Shown: positions 8,336 to 19,343, numbered from the stretch's first letter. The stretch is 64,000 nucleotides of DNA from an uncultured Candidatus Micrarchaeota archaeon (GCA_963741095.1 CAVUGN010000002.1:64001-128000), one strand, 5' to 3'. Program-made: numbers and translations. The notes: generated from the letters alone by a model not told the origin.

Positions 8336-10249
8336 ATGGTTGAAAATAGGTACGATGCAGAAGACATAATAGTCCTTTCCGGTCCGCAAGGTGTCAGAAA
8401 AAGACCCGCAATGTACGTTGGTTCAACTGGCAGCCGCGGCTTCCTCCATCTTCTCTACGAAGTGCTTGACAATGCGATAGATGAATCGCTCGCCGGATAC
8501 TGCAAGAACATAAAAATAACGCTCACGAAGGACAACGACGTCGATGTCGCAGAGATCAGCGATGACGGCAGGGGAATACCCGTAGACATGATGCACAAGG
8601 AGGGCAAGCCCGCTCTCGAAGTCATCATGACCTCGCTGCATTCCGGCGCGAAGTTCGACAGCAAGATATACCAGGTCGCCGGAGGCCTTCACGGCGTTGG
8701 CCTCACAGTCGTAAACGCCCTTTCGGAATACACCGAAGTCACGATAAAAAGGAACGGGAAGACCTACCAGCAGCTTTTCAAGAAGGGAGAGGCGGCAGAC
8801 GAACTCAAGATAATCAACGAAACCGCGACAGACACCGGAACAACAATCAAATTCAAGCCAGATACGACCATATTCTCGGTAAAGAACTTCGATTCGATGG
8901 AGTTGGTTGAGCGGCTTAGGCAATTGGCATTCCTGAACAAGGGCATAAAGATCGACCTTGACGATGCCAGAGAAACCGGAATAGAAAACAAAGCAACTTT
9001 TGCTTCACAAAAAGGAATTCCAGACTTCCTGGATTTCGTCCGCGGCAGCAAGGTCCCCCTTACAAAGCCTATAATGATAGTAAAGGAAGCCGGCGCGACA
9101 AAGGTGCAGCTCGGAATACAGTACGTCGAAGGGTACAGCGAGGAAATCCTTTCATTCGTGAACAACATAAGGACGGCCGAAGGGGGAACTCACGTTTCGG
9201 GTCTTCATTCCGCGCTGACAAAATCGATTACAAATTACATGCAGAAAAACTCCAAGAAGCTTGGCAAGCAGAAGGCCGAGATAGAAGGGGATGACACCAG
9301 AGAGGGCCTGATTGCAATTCTTTCGATAATGATGCAGAACCCGGAGTTCGAAGGCCAGACGAAAGAGAAGCTGGGCAATCCAAGCATAAAGAGCATAGTC
9401 GACACCGCAGTTTACGCTGCATTATCCCAATACTTAGAAGAGAATCCGCCTGACGCTTTGGGCATAATCCGAAAGGTGCTCGGAGCGGCAGAAGCGAGAG
9501 AGTCTGCGAGAAGAGCGAGGGAGCTCGCTAGGAAGAAGAGCCTGTTCGAAGGCCCGCTTCTGCCGGGCAAGCTGTCCGATTGCACGGAAAGCGACCCGGA
9601 GAAGTCAGAGATATTCATAGTCGAGGGGGAGAGCGCGGCAGGCTCCAGCAAGCAGGGCAGGGACAGGATGTTCCAGGCAATACTGCCACTGAAGGGAAAG
9701 ATACTGAACGTCGAAAAGGCATCCGACGAGAAGATATTCAACAACGCTGAACTGCACTCAATGGTCACCGCATTCGGCGTAGGGATAAGAGAGACGTTCA
9801 ATCCGGAGAATCTTAGGTACAAGAAGGTCATATTACTTACGGATGCGGACGTGGACGGCAGCCACATACGAACGCTGCTGCTCACTTTCTTCTACAGGTA
9901 CATGCGCCCGCTCATCGAGCGCGGCAACATATACATCGCCCAGCCGCCTCTGTACAAGATCACCAAAGGCAAGGAATCGAGGTACATATACTCCGATGCC
10001 CTGCTATCTGGGGAGTTGAAGAACGATCCGAAGGTGGCGATACAAAGATACAAAGGTCTCGGAGAGATGAATCCAGAACAATTGTGGGAGACTACGATGA
10101 ATCCGGCGAACAGGGTGCTCAAGCGAGTTTCGATAAAGGACGCGCAGATCGCAGAGGCGATATTTACGGTGCTCATGGGGGTCGATGTAGAAAAGAGACG
10201 CCACTTCCTGGAAGAGCACTCAACGGAAGTATCGTTCCTGGACGTATGA
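8336..10249 (+). CDS. gyrB: DNA gyrase subunit B
   Basis: VRKRPAMYVG, EVLDNAIDE, GGLHGVG, VEGESA, PLKGKILN, DADVDG, QRYKGLGEMN. Confidence 0.97.
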   Translation: MVENRYDAEDIIVLSGPQGVRKRPAMYVGSTGSRGFLHLLYEVLDNAIDESLAGYCKNIKITLTKDNDVDVAEISDDGRGIPVDMMHKEGKPALEVIMTSLHSGAKFDSKIYQVAGGLHGVGLTVVNALSEYTEVTIKRNGKTYQQLFKKGEAADELKIINETATDTGTTIKFKPDTTIFSVKNFDSMELVERLRQLAFLNKGIKIDLDDARETGIENKATFASQKGIPDFLDFVRGSKVPLTKPIMIVKEAGATKVQLGIQYVEGYSEEILSFVNNIRTAEGGTHVSGLHSALTKSITNYMQKNSKKLGKQKAEIEGDDTREGLIAILSIMMQNPEFEGQTKEKLGNPSIKSIVDTAVYAALSQYLEENPPDALGIIRKVLGAAEARESARRARELARKKSLFEGPLLPGKLSDCTESDPEKSEIFIVEGESAAGSSKQGRDRMFQAILPLKGKILNVEKASDEKIFNNAELHSMVTAFGVGIRETFNPENLRYKKVILLTDADVDGSHIRTLLLTFFYRYMRPLIERGNIYIAQPPLYKITKGKESRYIYSDALLSGELKNDPKVAIQRYKGLGEMNPEQLWETTMNPANRVLKRVSIKDAQIAEAIFTVLMGVDVEKRRHFLEEHSTEVSFLDV

Positions 10250-10261
10250 TTGGTATTTTGC

Positions 10262-12703
10262 ATGGCTGAAACACTGGAAACGACCATTGAGAATGAAATG
10301 CAGTCGAGCTACATCGACTACGCGATGAGCGTGATAATAGGCAGAGCGCTGCCCGATGCAAGAGACGGCCTAAAGCCCGCGCAGAGGAGGATACTCTTCG
10401 CCATGTACAAGCTCAACAACATGCACAACCAGCCGACGAAGAAGAGCGCAAGGATAGTCGGAGACGTGATTGGAAAATACCATCCGCACGGAGACGTCGC
10501 AGTCTATGAGACCATCGTAAGGATGGCTCAGGACTTCTCGATGAACCACACGCTTGTCGAAGGCCAGGGCAACATGGGCTCCATCGACGGCGATTCGGCT
10601 GCGGCACAACGTTACACCGAAATACGATTGAGCAAGATAGCGGAAGAGATGCTCGCGGACATCGAAAAAGAATCGGTGCCGTTCGGCCCTAACTTCGACA
10701 ACACCGAACAGGAGCCGCTTCTGTTACCTACAAAGTTGCCCACCCTCCTGCTTAATGGCGCATCGGGAATAGCGGTCGGAGTTGCGACAAACATACTGCC
10801 ACACAACCTCTCCGAACTGAGCGATGCGGTTGTCGCGTATGTGGCAAACCCCGAGATAAGCATAGAAGAAATCATGACTCACATACAAGGGCCCGACTTC
10901 CCGACCGGCGGCTCCGTCTTCCACAACAACGCGCTCGAGATGTCCTACAAGTACGGCAGGGGATCGGTCATTATAAGGGGCAAGACCGTCGATGAGAAGA
11001 TAGGGAACAGGGAGGCGATAATAATAACCGAAGTCCCCTACACGGTGAACAAGGCCACGATGGTGGAAGAGATAGCGAACCTCGTGAGGAACAAGAAGAT
11101 AACCGGCATATCGGACCTTCGCGACGAAAGCGGTAAGGAGGGCATAAGGGTCGTCATCGAGCTCAAGCAGGATGCAGACAAGGCGGTCCTACTCAGCCAA
11201 CTGTACGCGCACACCAATCTCCAAATCTCGATGCCGGTCATGAACATAGCCGTCCTGGGCAAGGAGCTTCTGACGTTCAACATCAAGCAATTCATCAAGG
11301 TGTTCGTCGACCACAGGGTCAACGTGATAAAGGCAAGGAGCAACTACGACCTGAGGGTCGCTTCGGACAGGCTGCACATCGTCGAAGGCCTTCTGATCGC
11401 GGTCGGCAACATAGACCAGATCATATCACTGATAAAGAAAAGCAAGGACACGAAAGAAGCACGTGCGGCACTGATGAGCAAGTACGAACTGAGCGAGAAG
11501 CAGTCCAACGCGGTTCTCGACATGAAGCTCAGCAGGCTTACCTCCCTCGAGCTGGAGTCCCTGCAAAGCGAAAAAGGCGAGCTCACAAAGAGCATAGACA
11601 ACCTGAAACAGATCCTCTCGGACGACAAGCGCGTCTACCAGATAATCAAGGACGAGACACTGGAAATCAAGAAGCTGTACGGCAAGCCGAGAAAGACGAT
11701 AATAGACTACAACGCCCCGCTGCAGGAATTCAACCAGGAAGAGGTGATACCCGACGACGAGTCGACAGTCATACTCACGAACAACGGCTACGTGAAGCGC
11801 ATGCCGACCAAGGTGTACCGCGAACAGGAGCGCGGCGGCAAGGGCATAATAGCGATAGAGCTCAAGGAGGGCGACTTCGTCAGGCAGATAATCTCCTGCA
11901 GGCTGAAGGATTACCTGTTCCTGCTGTCGAACAAGGGAAGGGCGTACTGGTTGAAGGCATACATGGTCCCCGAAGAGAGCAGGTACGGCATGGGCAAGGC
12001 GCTGGTCAACCTCGTCAAGCTGACGGACGGCGAACGCATACGCGATGTCATCAACACGAAGATATTCTCGAACACCTACCTAAACTTCATGACGACGAAG
12101 GGCAGGGTCAAGCGCGTCAAGGCCGAGCGGTTCTCCAAGCCAAGGGCCAACGGGATAAGGGCGATACCACTCTTCCAGGGCGATGAGCTTGCCGGCGTCT
12201 GCCTGTCAAGCGGCTCGAACGAGCTGTTCATAGGCACGACGATGGGCAAATCGCTAAGGTTCAAGGAGACCGACATAAGGCCGATGGGCAGGGAAGCCCA
12301 CGGGATACGCGGCATAAAGCTGAACGCGAACGATTCCGTGGTCAAGATGGCTGCGGTAATGCCCGAAGACCTCATAGTAACCGTTACTGAAAAAGGATAC
12401 GGGAAGGCGACGCCGGTCAACAAGTACAGGCTGCAGAAAAGGGGCGGCAAGGGCGTAATAAACCTCAAGATAAAGGACAAGACCGGTGCTGTGGTCAAGC
12501 TGCTCACCGCGGCCAATGATGACAACATACTCATGATAAATTCCAAGGGGCTCTCCATAATCTTCCCCGCTTCGAACGTGCGCGTCACCGGCAGGGGCGC
12601 AAGCGGTGTCAGGCTGATGCGGCTGGACCAGAAGGTCAAGGTCGTCGACGCGCAAGCAATGGGCAAATCCGTACCGGTGCCTCAATCGGCTGCGGTCGTG
12701 TAA
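10262..12703 (+). CDS. gyrA: DNA gyrase subunit A
   Basis: [15 protein letters not shown], catalytic AAQRYTE, GyrA-box QERGGKG, C-terminal pinwheel repeats. Confidence 0.97.
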   Translation: MAETLETTIENEMQSSYIDYAMSVIIGRALPDARDGLKPAQRRILFAMYKLNNMHNQPTKKSARIVGDVIGKYHPHGDVAVYETIVRMAQDFSMNHTLVEGQGNMGSIDGDSAAAQRYTEIRLSKIAEEMLADIEKESVPFGPNFDNTEQEPLLLPTKLPTLLLNGASGIAVGVATNILPHNLSELSDAVVAYVANPEISIEEIMTHIQGPDFPTGGSVFHNNALEMSYKYGRGSVIIRGKTVDEKIGNREAIIITEVPYTVNKATMVEEIANLVRNKKITGISDLRDESGKEGIRVVIELKQDADKAVLLSQLYAHTNLQISMPVMNIAVLGKELLTFNIKQFIKVFVDHRVNVIKARSNYDLRVASDRLHIVEGLLIAVGNIDQIISLIKKSKDTKEARAALMSKYELSEKQSNAVLDMKLSRLTSLELESLQSEKGELTKSIDNLKQILSDDKRVYQIIKDETLEIKKLYGKPRKTIIDYNAPLQEFNQEEVIPDDESTVILTNNGYVKRMPTKVYREQERGGKGIIAIELKEGDFVRQIISCRLKDYLFLLSNKGRAYWLKAYMVPEESRYGMGKALVNLVKLTDGERIRDVINTKIFSNTYLNFMTTKGRVKRVKAERFSKPRANGIRAIPLFQGDELAGVCLSSGSNELFIGTTMGKSLRFKETDIRPMGREAHGIRGIKLNANDSVVKMAAVMPEDLIVTVTEKGYGKATPVNKYRLQKRGGKGVINLKIKDKTGAVVKLLTAANDDNILMINSKGLSIIFPASNVRVTGRGASGVRLMRLDQKVKVVDAQAMGKSVPVPQSAAVV

Positions 12704-12769
12704 TAAAATAACGGTTTTCTACAACTAATTCTATCAACCTATCCAGTGCAAGCTAATGCGGGTGGTAGG

Positions 12770-13288
12770 ATGATTTCGGTACTTGCCATTGGCAAGTATA
12801 GCTACTTGAACAGTCTGGACCTGTGCCTTACCGCCAGGGCTTTCGGCGCTTCCGAGATGATGTTCACAAGGCGCAAAGACCAGCGGATAATGCGGTACGT
12901 GGGCAGGATCCAGAAGAACTGGGGCGGGAAGTTCGAAGTTTCCTTCATAAGGAGCTACAAGGAGGCGCTGAAAAGTGCCACAAAATACAAAAAGGTGTAC
13001 CTCACGCGCTACGGCATTCCGCTGAACAAACTGACCTACGTGCTCAACACCTACAAGAACATAATGCTGATAGTCAGTTCTAAGGAGGCTCCCCAAAAGG
13101 TGCTGGACGATCTCGCGGATTTCAACGTCAGCATAACTGAACAGCCGCATTGCAGCGTAGCCTCCATAGCCATTTTCCTGCACGATTTCTACCGCGGAAG
13201 GGAATTTGCAATGCATTTCGAGAACGCAAAATACAAGATTGCCCCGAAAGAGCACGGAGTGAGCGTCGTAAAGACTAATCGAAAGTAG
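12770..13288 (+). CDS. tRNA (cytidine56-2'-O)-methyltransferase-like protein (divergent aTrm56)
   Basis: LTARAFGA, WGGKF, LTRYG, DFNVSITEQPH. The N-terminal HR..RD.R.TTH motif is missing. Confidence 0.8.
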   Translation: MISVLAIGKYSYLNSLDLCLTARAFGASEMMFTRRKDQRIMRYVGRIQKNWGGKFEVSFIRSYKEALKSATKYKKVYLTRYGIPLNKLTYVLNTYKNIMLIVSSKEAPQKVLDDLADFNVSITEQPHCSVASIAIFLHDFYRGREFAMHFENAKYKIAPKEHGVSVVKTNRK

Positions 13289-13296
13289 ATGCAAGC

Positions 13297-16050
13297 CTAG
13301 ACCGACCAGTACTTCTTGGTCCTTATGAAGTTCTTCTGGGCCTCAAGGAGATCCATGAAGAAAGAGTGCTCGTCGTGCTTGAGCATCATCAATGTGCGCG
13401 CCGCAGTCCTGTAGCCAACACCGTACACCGATAGGGCCACTGCCGCTTTGCCTCCGTACGCGCTGAAAAGGCTGGCGTACCTTATTGCCTCCCGCATCAC
13501 CTCAATCTCGCCGCCCCTCAATCGCATCCCCTTCCTCGTCTTGTCGACGACTTTCTTGTAAGAGTCGTCATAAATCGTCAACATCGGGCTCTGGCAGCTC
13601 GGGCAGGTTATCCTCTCGCTGTCCTTTATCTCGCTCAGCTTCCTTGTGAAGTTGAAGCCGCAGTAGGTGCAGAGGAATTTGATGTCTCTCGAAAGTATGA
13701 ACTGCGAGAACGATTCCACGAGCTCGTTGTTGGGCGTCAAGGGCGCTATCAGCTCCTTCGTGTAATACGCTGAATTCAAAACCGCCTTTGTGAACGGCGA
13801 TGGCGATTCATTATAGACCTCCCTGATCTTAATCTTGTCAAGCCTCAGGTCCTCCAGGAAATCCTTCAGCGTCTTTATGTCTAGGTAGTTGTTCATCAGC
13901 GCCCTGAGCGTCTCTTCATGGATCGGCGTGCCTTCCATCATGGCCATAAGTCTTCTCGCAAGCGAGCGCGATACCGTTGCATCCCTGTCTATCACGCCAA
14001 ACAGCTTCGCCACAACTATGAACTGGTATCTGAAGAGCTCGGTGCCCGTTATCGCCCTCTCAAGCTCCCTCTCCACCAGTTCTGGCTTCAACTGCCTCAG
14101 AGTGTGCTCCATATTGATATGCTTCGGCAGCTCTATGAACACCAGATACGGCGAGGCCTTGACGTTCACGCTGCTTCCTGTCCTCATGTTGAATATGCTG
14201 GCGAGCAATCTTGCAAGCGCCTCGTTCGCCTGCGTGCCCAGCCCCGTGTACAGGACCCTGAAACCCTCAAGCGATTCGATGAAAAGGGTGTCCTTCGAAG
14301 GCAGAAAGAACTGCTTCTGGGATTCAGCAAACTTCTCTATCTGCAACTTTGTCCGCTCATCGGTGCCGATCTTCGCGCCGCCGGCCCTGCCCACCAACTC
14401 GAACACCGTCTGCGCAGTCCTGTACCCGACAGGTATGTCCTCGCCTGTCCAGTCGGGGACCGCGGCCTCAAGCTCCATGCTCGGCTCCACGCTGATCACG
14501 TTCTCCTCTATGCTCAAGACCTTCCATGGCAACCCTTTCGTTATGAAAACCGAACCTTCGTCGACCTCGTTCGCGACGAACCTTTCGTCAAGCGTGGATA
14601 TTATCCGGTTGCCCACTATGTTCTTCACGAGGAATCTCTTCGAATCGGGTATGACGCTGAGGTGCCCGTAGTAGTACATCCTCGTCCTAGGCCCGCAGGT
14701 TATTATCCTGCCATCGAAGCCGACCATCCTCTGCTTGCCCATGAATTCCAGCAGAAGCTTCAGCCTCTCCATGCCGAACGAGGCGTAGAGGTGGGCTCTG
14801 TCGATTATCTTGTGCAGCCCTTCCACATCAAGAGTGCCCTTGTCAAGCGCAATGCCGCACACCTGGTTCGCAAGAACGTCCATCGCGCCTTCCTGCATGC
14901 TGAACCGCTCCAACTGGCCATCAAGCGCCTGCTGGTATATCGCCACCGATTCCACCGCTTCTATCACGTTCGTGGGCACGACGAGCCCCCGCGAGACGCC
15001 CTTCTGCGTGTGGCCGCTGCGCCCTATCCTTTGTATGAACCTCAGCGCCTGCCTCGGCGAGCCGTACTGTATGACGAGGTCGATGTTCCCTATGTCTATT
15101 CCCAGTTCAAGGGAGCTGGTCGCTATTATGCTCTTTATCCCCCCGGCCTTGAAGGAATTCTCTATCGCTATCCTCTCCTCCTTGTCCAGGGAGCCGTGGT
15201 GCACGCCTATGCCTCCGAAGGGCTCTATCGTGTTGAGGTAGAGCAGCCTGCTGCCAAGCGCCTCGACCACCTGGCGCGTGTTCGCGAAGACGAGCGTCGA
15301 CTTCGAGCCGGCAATCCCTTCGGATATCAGATCCAATCTCGCCAGCGAGCTGCTGTCGAGCCCGAACTTGTCCTCCATCGGCTTCAATTCCTTCCTGTAA
15401 CCCGAAGGGATCCTTATCCTGACTTCCATCTCCCTTACGTTCTTGATCGTGGCTATCCTGCAATCGCCCTTGCCGCAGAGGAATTTCTGCACGGCTTCGG
15501 CATGCCCTATGGTCGCGCTTATGCCTATCCTTTGGAAACCCGGCGCCTTTTCTTCGAGCCTTTCGAGTGCCAGCGACAACTGTGCGCCCCTCTTCGTGTA
15601 ATAGAGCTCGTGCACTTCGTCCACGACAACTGCCTTCACGTTCTTCAGCGCGACTCCTAACGTCTTGGTGGGCAGTATGCTCTGCAGCGTCTCCGGCGTA
15701 GTGATCAGGACCATCGGTGCCCTCCTTGCTTGTTTCCCTCTCTCGCTCTGCGTGGTGTCCCCGTGCCTCACGGCGACCGTCATATCAGCAACGGAGCAGA
15801 GCTCTTCAAGCCTCTTTATCATGTCCCTGTTCAGTGCCCTGAGCGGAGTTATGTAGATCAGCATTATGCCTGATTTGTCCCCGTCCTTCATCCTCTCAAG
15901 GAGTGGAAGAACGGCCGCCTCCGTTTTCCCTGCGCCGGTAGGGGCGATTATGAGGCAATTGCTGCCGCTCGCCACGATGGGCATCGCCACCTTCTGTATC
16001 TCGGTGTACCCTCCGTATCTATGCAAAAACGCCTCGTAGACCCCGGACAT
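13297..16050 (-). CDS. lhr: Lhr-family ATP-dependent DEAD/H helicase with C-terminal Cys-rich motif
   Basis: APTGAGKT, ITPLRALNRD, DEVH, SAT, HHGSL, SSLELGID, QRIGRSGH; CTYC...CPSC near the C-terminus. Confidence 0.92.
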   Translation of the reverse strand: MSGVYEAFLHRYGGYTEIQKVAMPIVASGSNCLIIAPTGAGKTEAAVLPLLERMKDGDKSGIMLIYITPLRALNRDMIKRLEELCSVADMTVAVRHGDTTQSERGKQARRAPMVLITTPETLQSILPTKTLGVALKNVKAVVVDEVHELYYTKRGAQLSLALERLEEKAPGFQRIGISATIGHAEAVQKFLCGKGDCRIATIKNVREMEVRIRIPSGYRKELKPMEDKFGLDSSSLARLDLISEGIAGSKSTLVFANTRQVVEALGSRLLYLNTIEPFGGIGVHHGSLDKEERIAIENSFKAGGIKSIIATSSLELGIDIGNIDLVIQYGSPRQALRFIQRIGRSGHTQKGVSRGLVVPTNVIEAVESVAIYQQALDGQLERFSMQEGAMDVLANQVCGIALDKGTLDVEGLHKIIDRAHLYASFGMERLKLLLEFMGKQRMVGFDGRIITCGPRTRMYYYGHLSVIPDSKRFLVKNIVGNRIISTLDERFVANEVDEGSVFITKGLPWKVLSIEENVISVEPSMELEAAVPDWTGEDIPVGYRTAQTVFELVGRAGGAKIGTDERTKLQIEKFAESQKQFFLPSKDTLFIESLEGFRVLYTGLGTQANEALARLLASIFNMRTGSSVNVKASPYLVFIELPKHINMEHTLRQLKPELVERELERAITGTELFRYQFIVVAKLFGVIDRDATVSRSLARRLMAMMEGTPIHEETLRALMNNYLDIKTLKDFLEDLRLDKIKIREVYNESPSPFTKAVLNSAYYTKELIAPLTPNNELVESFSQFILSRDIKFLCTYCGFNFTRKLSEIKDSERITCPSCQSPMLTIYDDSYKKVVDKTRKGMRLRGGEIEVMREAIRYASLFSAYGGKAAVALSVYGVGYRTAARTLMMLKHDEHSFFMDLLEAQKNFIRTKKYWSV

Positions 16051-16060
16051 ACTTCAACAA

Positions 16061-18043
16061 CTATTCGTCCTCCTCGGAATACCTGCCTTTGACGAATCTT
16101 CCAGACAGAATGGCCCCCGATATCGCGATTATGGTCACCGCTATCAGGGACGGAGTTATAAACAGGATCTTCACCGTGCCGCCGGAGAGCAATATATCCT
16201 TCTTGATGCCGAGATATTCAACATAGCCGGACACATGACCGTATGGCACATTCGTGAGGTTCAATACTCCAGAGTCGCCCAGATACGAGACCAGCCGTGT
16301 TCCGTTGTCGAACGTGAGGTTGAGACTCGCGTTGACTGGGGTGCCGAACGCGCTCACTGCGCGTATCTGGACTTCGTACAAAGGCACTTGAAGCGTTACC
16401 GTTTGGGGCATCTGCACGGAGAACTGACGGTTCAGTGGGATCTTCACCCCCTTGTAATAGAGATAGTTCACGGTGTAGCTCTGGTTTTCGAAAAGGTACG
16501 AACTGCTGTTATCGATGTTAATCCCGTTCACGTTGTAATAAGCTACGTTGGGCACCACCTTGCCGGATATGTTCTCGGGCTCGAATGTCACGAGGAACTG
16601 GGTCTTGAACACCGCGGATATGTTTTCGGGTGAACCCGCCAAGAAGCTTATGGTGCTGTTCGCATAGCCGTTGCTCCATTCATAGAATCCGAGCCTGGTT
16701 TCGCTGTTCACCGGCACCACCGTTTGGTTCAGATGCAGGGTCACAACGCTGTTCTGGTTGTACCAACCTGTTCCTTGCACTCCACCGTATGGGGTCGTTG
16801 CGGTTATCTTATACTGCGTGGTCCACAGCGGCTTCAACGTGACCGGACTGCTGACGCGTACCACAGTGGAATTTTTCGCTACACCATTGCTCCATCCGGC
16901 AAAAACCACACGCGTGCCATTGCCAAAGTCTACTATATTGCTCGCATGCAGTGTGGCTGTGCTGTTCGCATCATACCATCCGCTTCCGCTGGTGCCATAG
17001 CTCGAATTGACGCCGACATAGTACTGCGTCTTCCAAACAGCAGTCTCTGTTATATTCCCATTCATCTCTATGGAGGCGTTGGCTTTTTTACCGCTGTAAG
17101 AGCCAGGTCCACTGCCGATCCATCCTGCAAAAGCTGCACGAGTGCCGTTGCTCAGATTGACTGCCTGCGGAACTTGCAAAGTCGCGTAAGCATAGGCTAA
17201 ATAATTGTTTGTTCCGGACACGTTTCCGTATGCCGATATGACCTTGAGCGAATAGCCGATGTCCCACAAGGTGGTCTGGTTCTGCAAAGGCAGTCCGCTG
17301 CCCACCACAAAGTAATCGACCTGGCTATTAACCTCGCTGACTCCGTAAAGGTTGCGCAGCCTTGTGCTGCTGTCCTTGCCATAGCTTATCAGCGAATAGC
17401 CGACCGGCACCGCTTTCGGTCCCTCATTCGAATAGAAATCGAGATTCTTGAACATGACACGCTTCATCGTCTGGGTGTTTATGCTCGTGTCGGCCAATTC
17501 GCCGATTGCGGTCGGGGAATTGATCCCGGACTGCGATGCTCCGAGGTCGATGCTGCCTATCGGCTGCCCATTGAAATAGACCGTCCATACGTTGCCATTC
17601 GACTGGAATGAATAATTGTTGAACGTTCCATTCATGCCTGCCGAGCCGTCCGGTCCGATGCCTCCATAGAACTGGTCGTTCCCGCCGTCAGCAGTGAAAT
17701 ACTCCCAGAACCACGTTGGCTTGCCGGCAGTCAGCAGAGTGCTTCCATCGCACCCGCTAACCGAGCACGTCGTCGGGTAGTCTCCAGACACATTCACTAT
17801 CTGGTATCCTGCCTGTATGAAAGCGTCATTGCTCAGACTCTCGCCGACCCAGAAGCCGAAGGAGCCGTCGCTGACATTCTGCCAAACAGTCTGAATAGAA
17901 ACGCCTGCGCCCTTGTTGAATTCGGCTTTGTTGGAGCCCATCGCGCCGCTCTGGAACCAATAACTGGCTCCGGCAAGGTTTGCGGCTGTCGCAAACGCAA
18001 GGAGCGCAAAAAGCAGGCATGCCCTAAACTTAGACCCTCTCAT
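16061..18043 (-). CDS. secreted, C-terminally anchored surface protein with a G1 (glutamic) peptidase-like N-terminal domain and GxGWY repeats
   Basis: Signal peptide; FWVGESL..DAFIQAGY; repeated TRxxFxxW and GSGWY/GTGWY units; many N-x-S/T sequons; C-terminal TM. Confidence 0.7.
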   Translation of the reverse strand: MRGSKFRACLLFALLAFATAANLAGASYWFQSGAMGSNKAEFNKGAGVSIQTVWQNVSDGSFGFWVGESLSNDAFIQAGYQIVNVSGDYPTTCSVSGCDGSTLLTAGKPTWFWEYFTADGGNDQFYGGIGPDGSAGMNGTFNNYSFQSNGNVWTVYFNGQPIGSIDLGASQSGINSPTAIGELADTSINTQTMKRVMFKNLDFYSNEGPKAVPVGYSLISYGKDSSTRLRNLYGVSEVNSQVDYFVVGSGLPLQNQTTLWDIGYSLKVISAYGNVSGTNNYLAYAYATLQVPQAVNLSNGTRAAFAGWIGSGPGSYSGKKANASIEMNGNITETAVWKTQYYVGVNSSYGTSGSGWYDANSTATLHASNIVDFGNGTRVVFAGWSNGVAKNSTVVRVSSPVTLKPLWTTQYKITATTPYGGVQGTGWYNQNSVVTLHLNQTVVPVNSETRLGFYEWSNGYANSTISFLAGSPENISAVFKTQFLVTFEPENISGKVVPNVAYYNVNGINIDNSSSYLFENQSYTVNYLYYKGVKIPLNRQFSVQMPQTVTLQVPLYEVQIRAVSAFGTPVNASLNLTFDNGTRLVSYLGDSGVLNLTNVPYGHVSGYVEYLGIKKDILLSGGTVKILFITPSLIAVTIIAISGAILSGRFVKGRYSEEDE

Positions 18044-18827
18044 AATCCAGACCCAGCTCGCCAAGCCGCCCTATTATCGTTTCCCTGTCGGCTGCTTTAA
18101 TACTTTTCCATTCTATCGCAGCCACTTCGACTTCCAGATCGGATCTTTCAGCCGCCTTCTGAAGCATGTCGAAGTTGCCTATCTGATATCTCGGCAGCAT
18201 GTGCGCGAAAGCGTACTTGCCCTCCAGCGCCAACTTCGTGAACTTCTCGGGATAGTGCGTTCCGCCTATGCCGATCGCGACCTTCTCGTATTCCCCCTGC
18301 TCATGGTGCAGCATGTCGACTATCGATTCCGCGACCACTCCGGCGTAATCCCTGTTGCCTATCGTCTCGGCATTCCCTCCAAGCTCGACGAAAAGCGACG
18401 GCGTGTTCAACAAAGGCCCATGGTGCGTGGCCTCGTACGTCACCGGAATGGACGTGGTGTTTGTCCTCTTCAGCGCGCACAGCATCGATAGCATGTTCAG
18501 CGGGGATGCCATGCCCAGCGATTTCGGCATACCTCCGAATTCCGCCTTGTCGGACCAGTTGCCTTCCGGATGCGTGGTGAACGTGGCGACGCCCTTGGCG
18601 CTCGAGTGCCTGCTCATGAATACGATAAGGTCCGCGCCAAGGGATTTGTCGAGGAAATCCGCCTTGATGAGCTCCGTGCCCATCTCGACCATGTCGATGT
18701 GCTCGGAATAAAAATGCCTTAGGCCGCCCAACGGCTTCGTTTCCTCGAAATTCATGCGGGCCTTGACCGCCTCGGCTATGTTGACAGACGCGACATCAAG
18801 CGTCGAATAGACAAGGCAGGGCATCAA
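18030..18827 (-). CDS. dtdA: D-aminoacyl-tRNA deacylase (archaeal DTD2)
   Basis: FMSRHSS, FTTHPEGN, EATHHGP, FVELG, GIGGTHY. Confidence 0.92.
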   Translation of the reverse strand: MMPCLVYSTLDVASVNIAEAVKARMNFEETKPLGGLRHFYSEHIDMVEMGTELIKADFLDKSLGADLIVFMSRHSSAKGVATFTTHPEGNWSDKAEFGGMPKSLGMASPLNMLSMLCALKRTNTTSIPVTYEATHHGPLLNTPSLFVELGGNAETIGNRDYAGVVAESIVDMLHHEQGEYEKVAIGIGGTHYPEKFTKLALEGKYAFAHMLPRYQIGNFDMLQKAAERSDLEVEVAAIEWKSIKAADRETIIGRLGELGLDYERV

Positions 18828-18965
18828 TCACACCGCATCTGGGGAACGAATAAATTAGCTATACAACATATTAAAGCAGATGCGCTGAAATCTGCAGAGA
18901 AACCCCGCAAACGAACGAGCGCGGGCAAGGCTTAAATTGTTTCACTCACATCCCGTAGTGGTATA

Positions 18966-19343
18966 ATGCTGTACAACTACATAGCGATACTCTTCTTCGC
19001 GGTGCTGGGGATATCGATACCGCTGCTCTTCCTGCTCATTGCAAAGCTCATCGGCCGAAGGTCTCCAGGCAACAAAATAAAGAACGCGCCCTACGAGAGC
19101 GCCGAAGAGTCTCTTGGCGGGAGCAGGGACGTTGACAACGAATACTTGCCCTACTTCATGCTCTTCCTGCCGTTCGAGATAATGCTCGTCATACTTATAC
19201 TTTGGTCTACCGTGGCAAGGACGATAGATTATAATACGGGCCTTGACATCATACTGCTTGTCATCATATCGATGGCGTTTTCACTGGCGGGCTACAAGCT
19301 CATAGGTGGTACTACTGGAAGAGCAAAGACCGTATACGGATAA
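18966..19343 (+). CDS. nuoA: NADH-quinone oxidoreductase subunit A
   Basis: Three TM segments; [16 protein letters not shown]. Confidence 0.85.
   Translation: MLYNYIAILFFAVLGISIPLLFLLIAKLIGRRSPGNKIKNAPYESAEESLGGSRDVDNEYLPYFMLFLPFEIMLVILILWSTVARTIDYNTGLDIILLVIISMAFSLAGYKLIGGTTGRAKTVYG

Noticed and set aside
13918-15660. 580-aa plus-strand ORF antisense to lhr, and similar long shadow ORFs (28249-29658, 61219-62322, 61620-62579)
   Set aside because: Antisense or alternate-frame shadows of well-supported genes, expected from codon bias; no recognisable motifs
18876-18925. Two small inverted repeats upstream of nuoA (GCAGAT-N8-ATCTGC and CCCGC/GCGGG)
   Set aside because: Arms of 5-6 bp are too short to separate from chance
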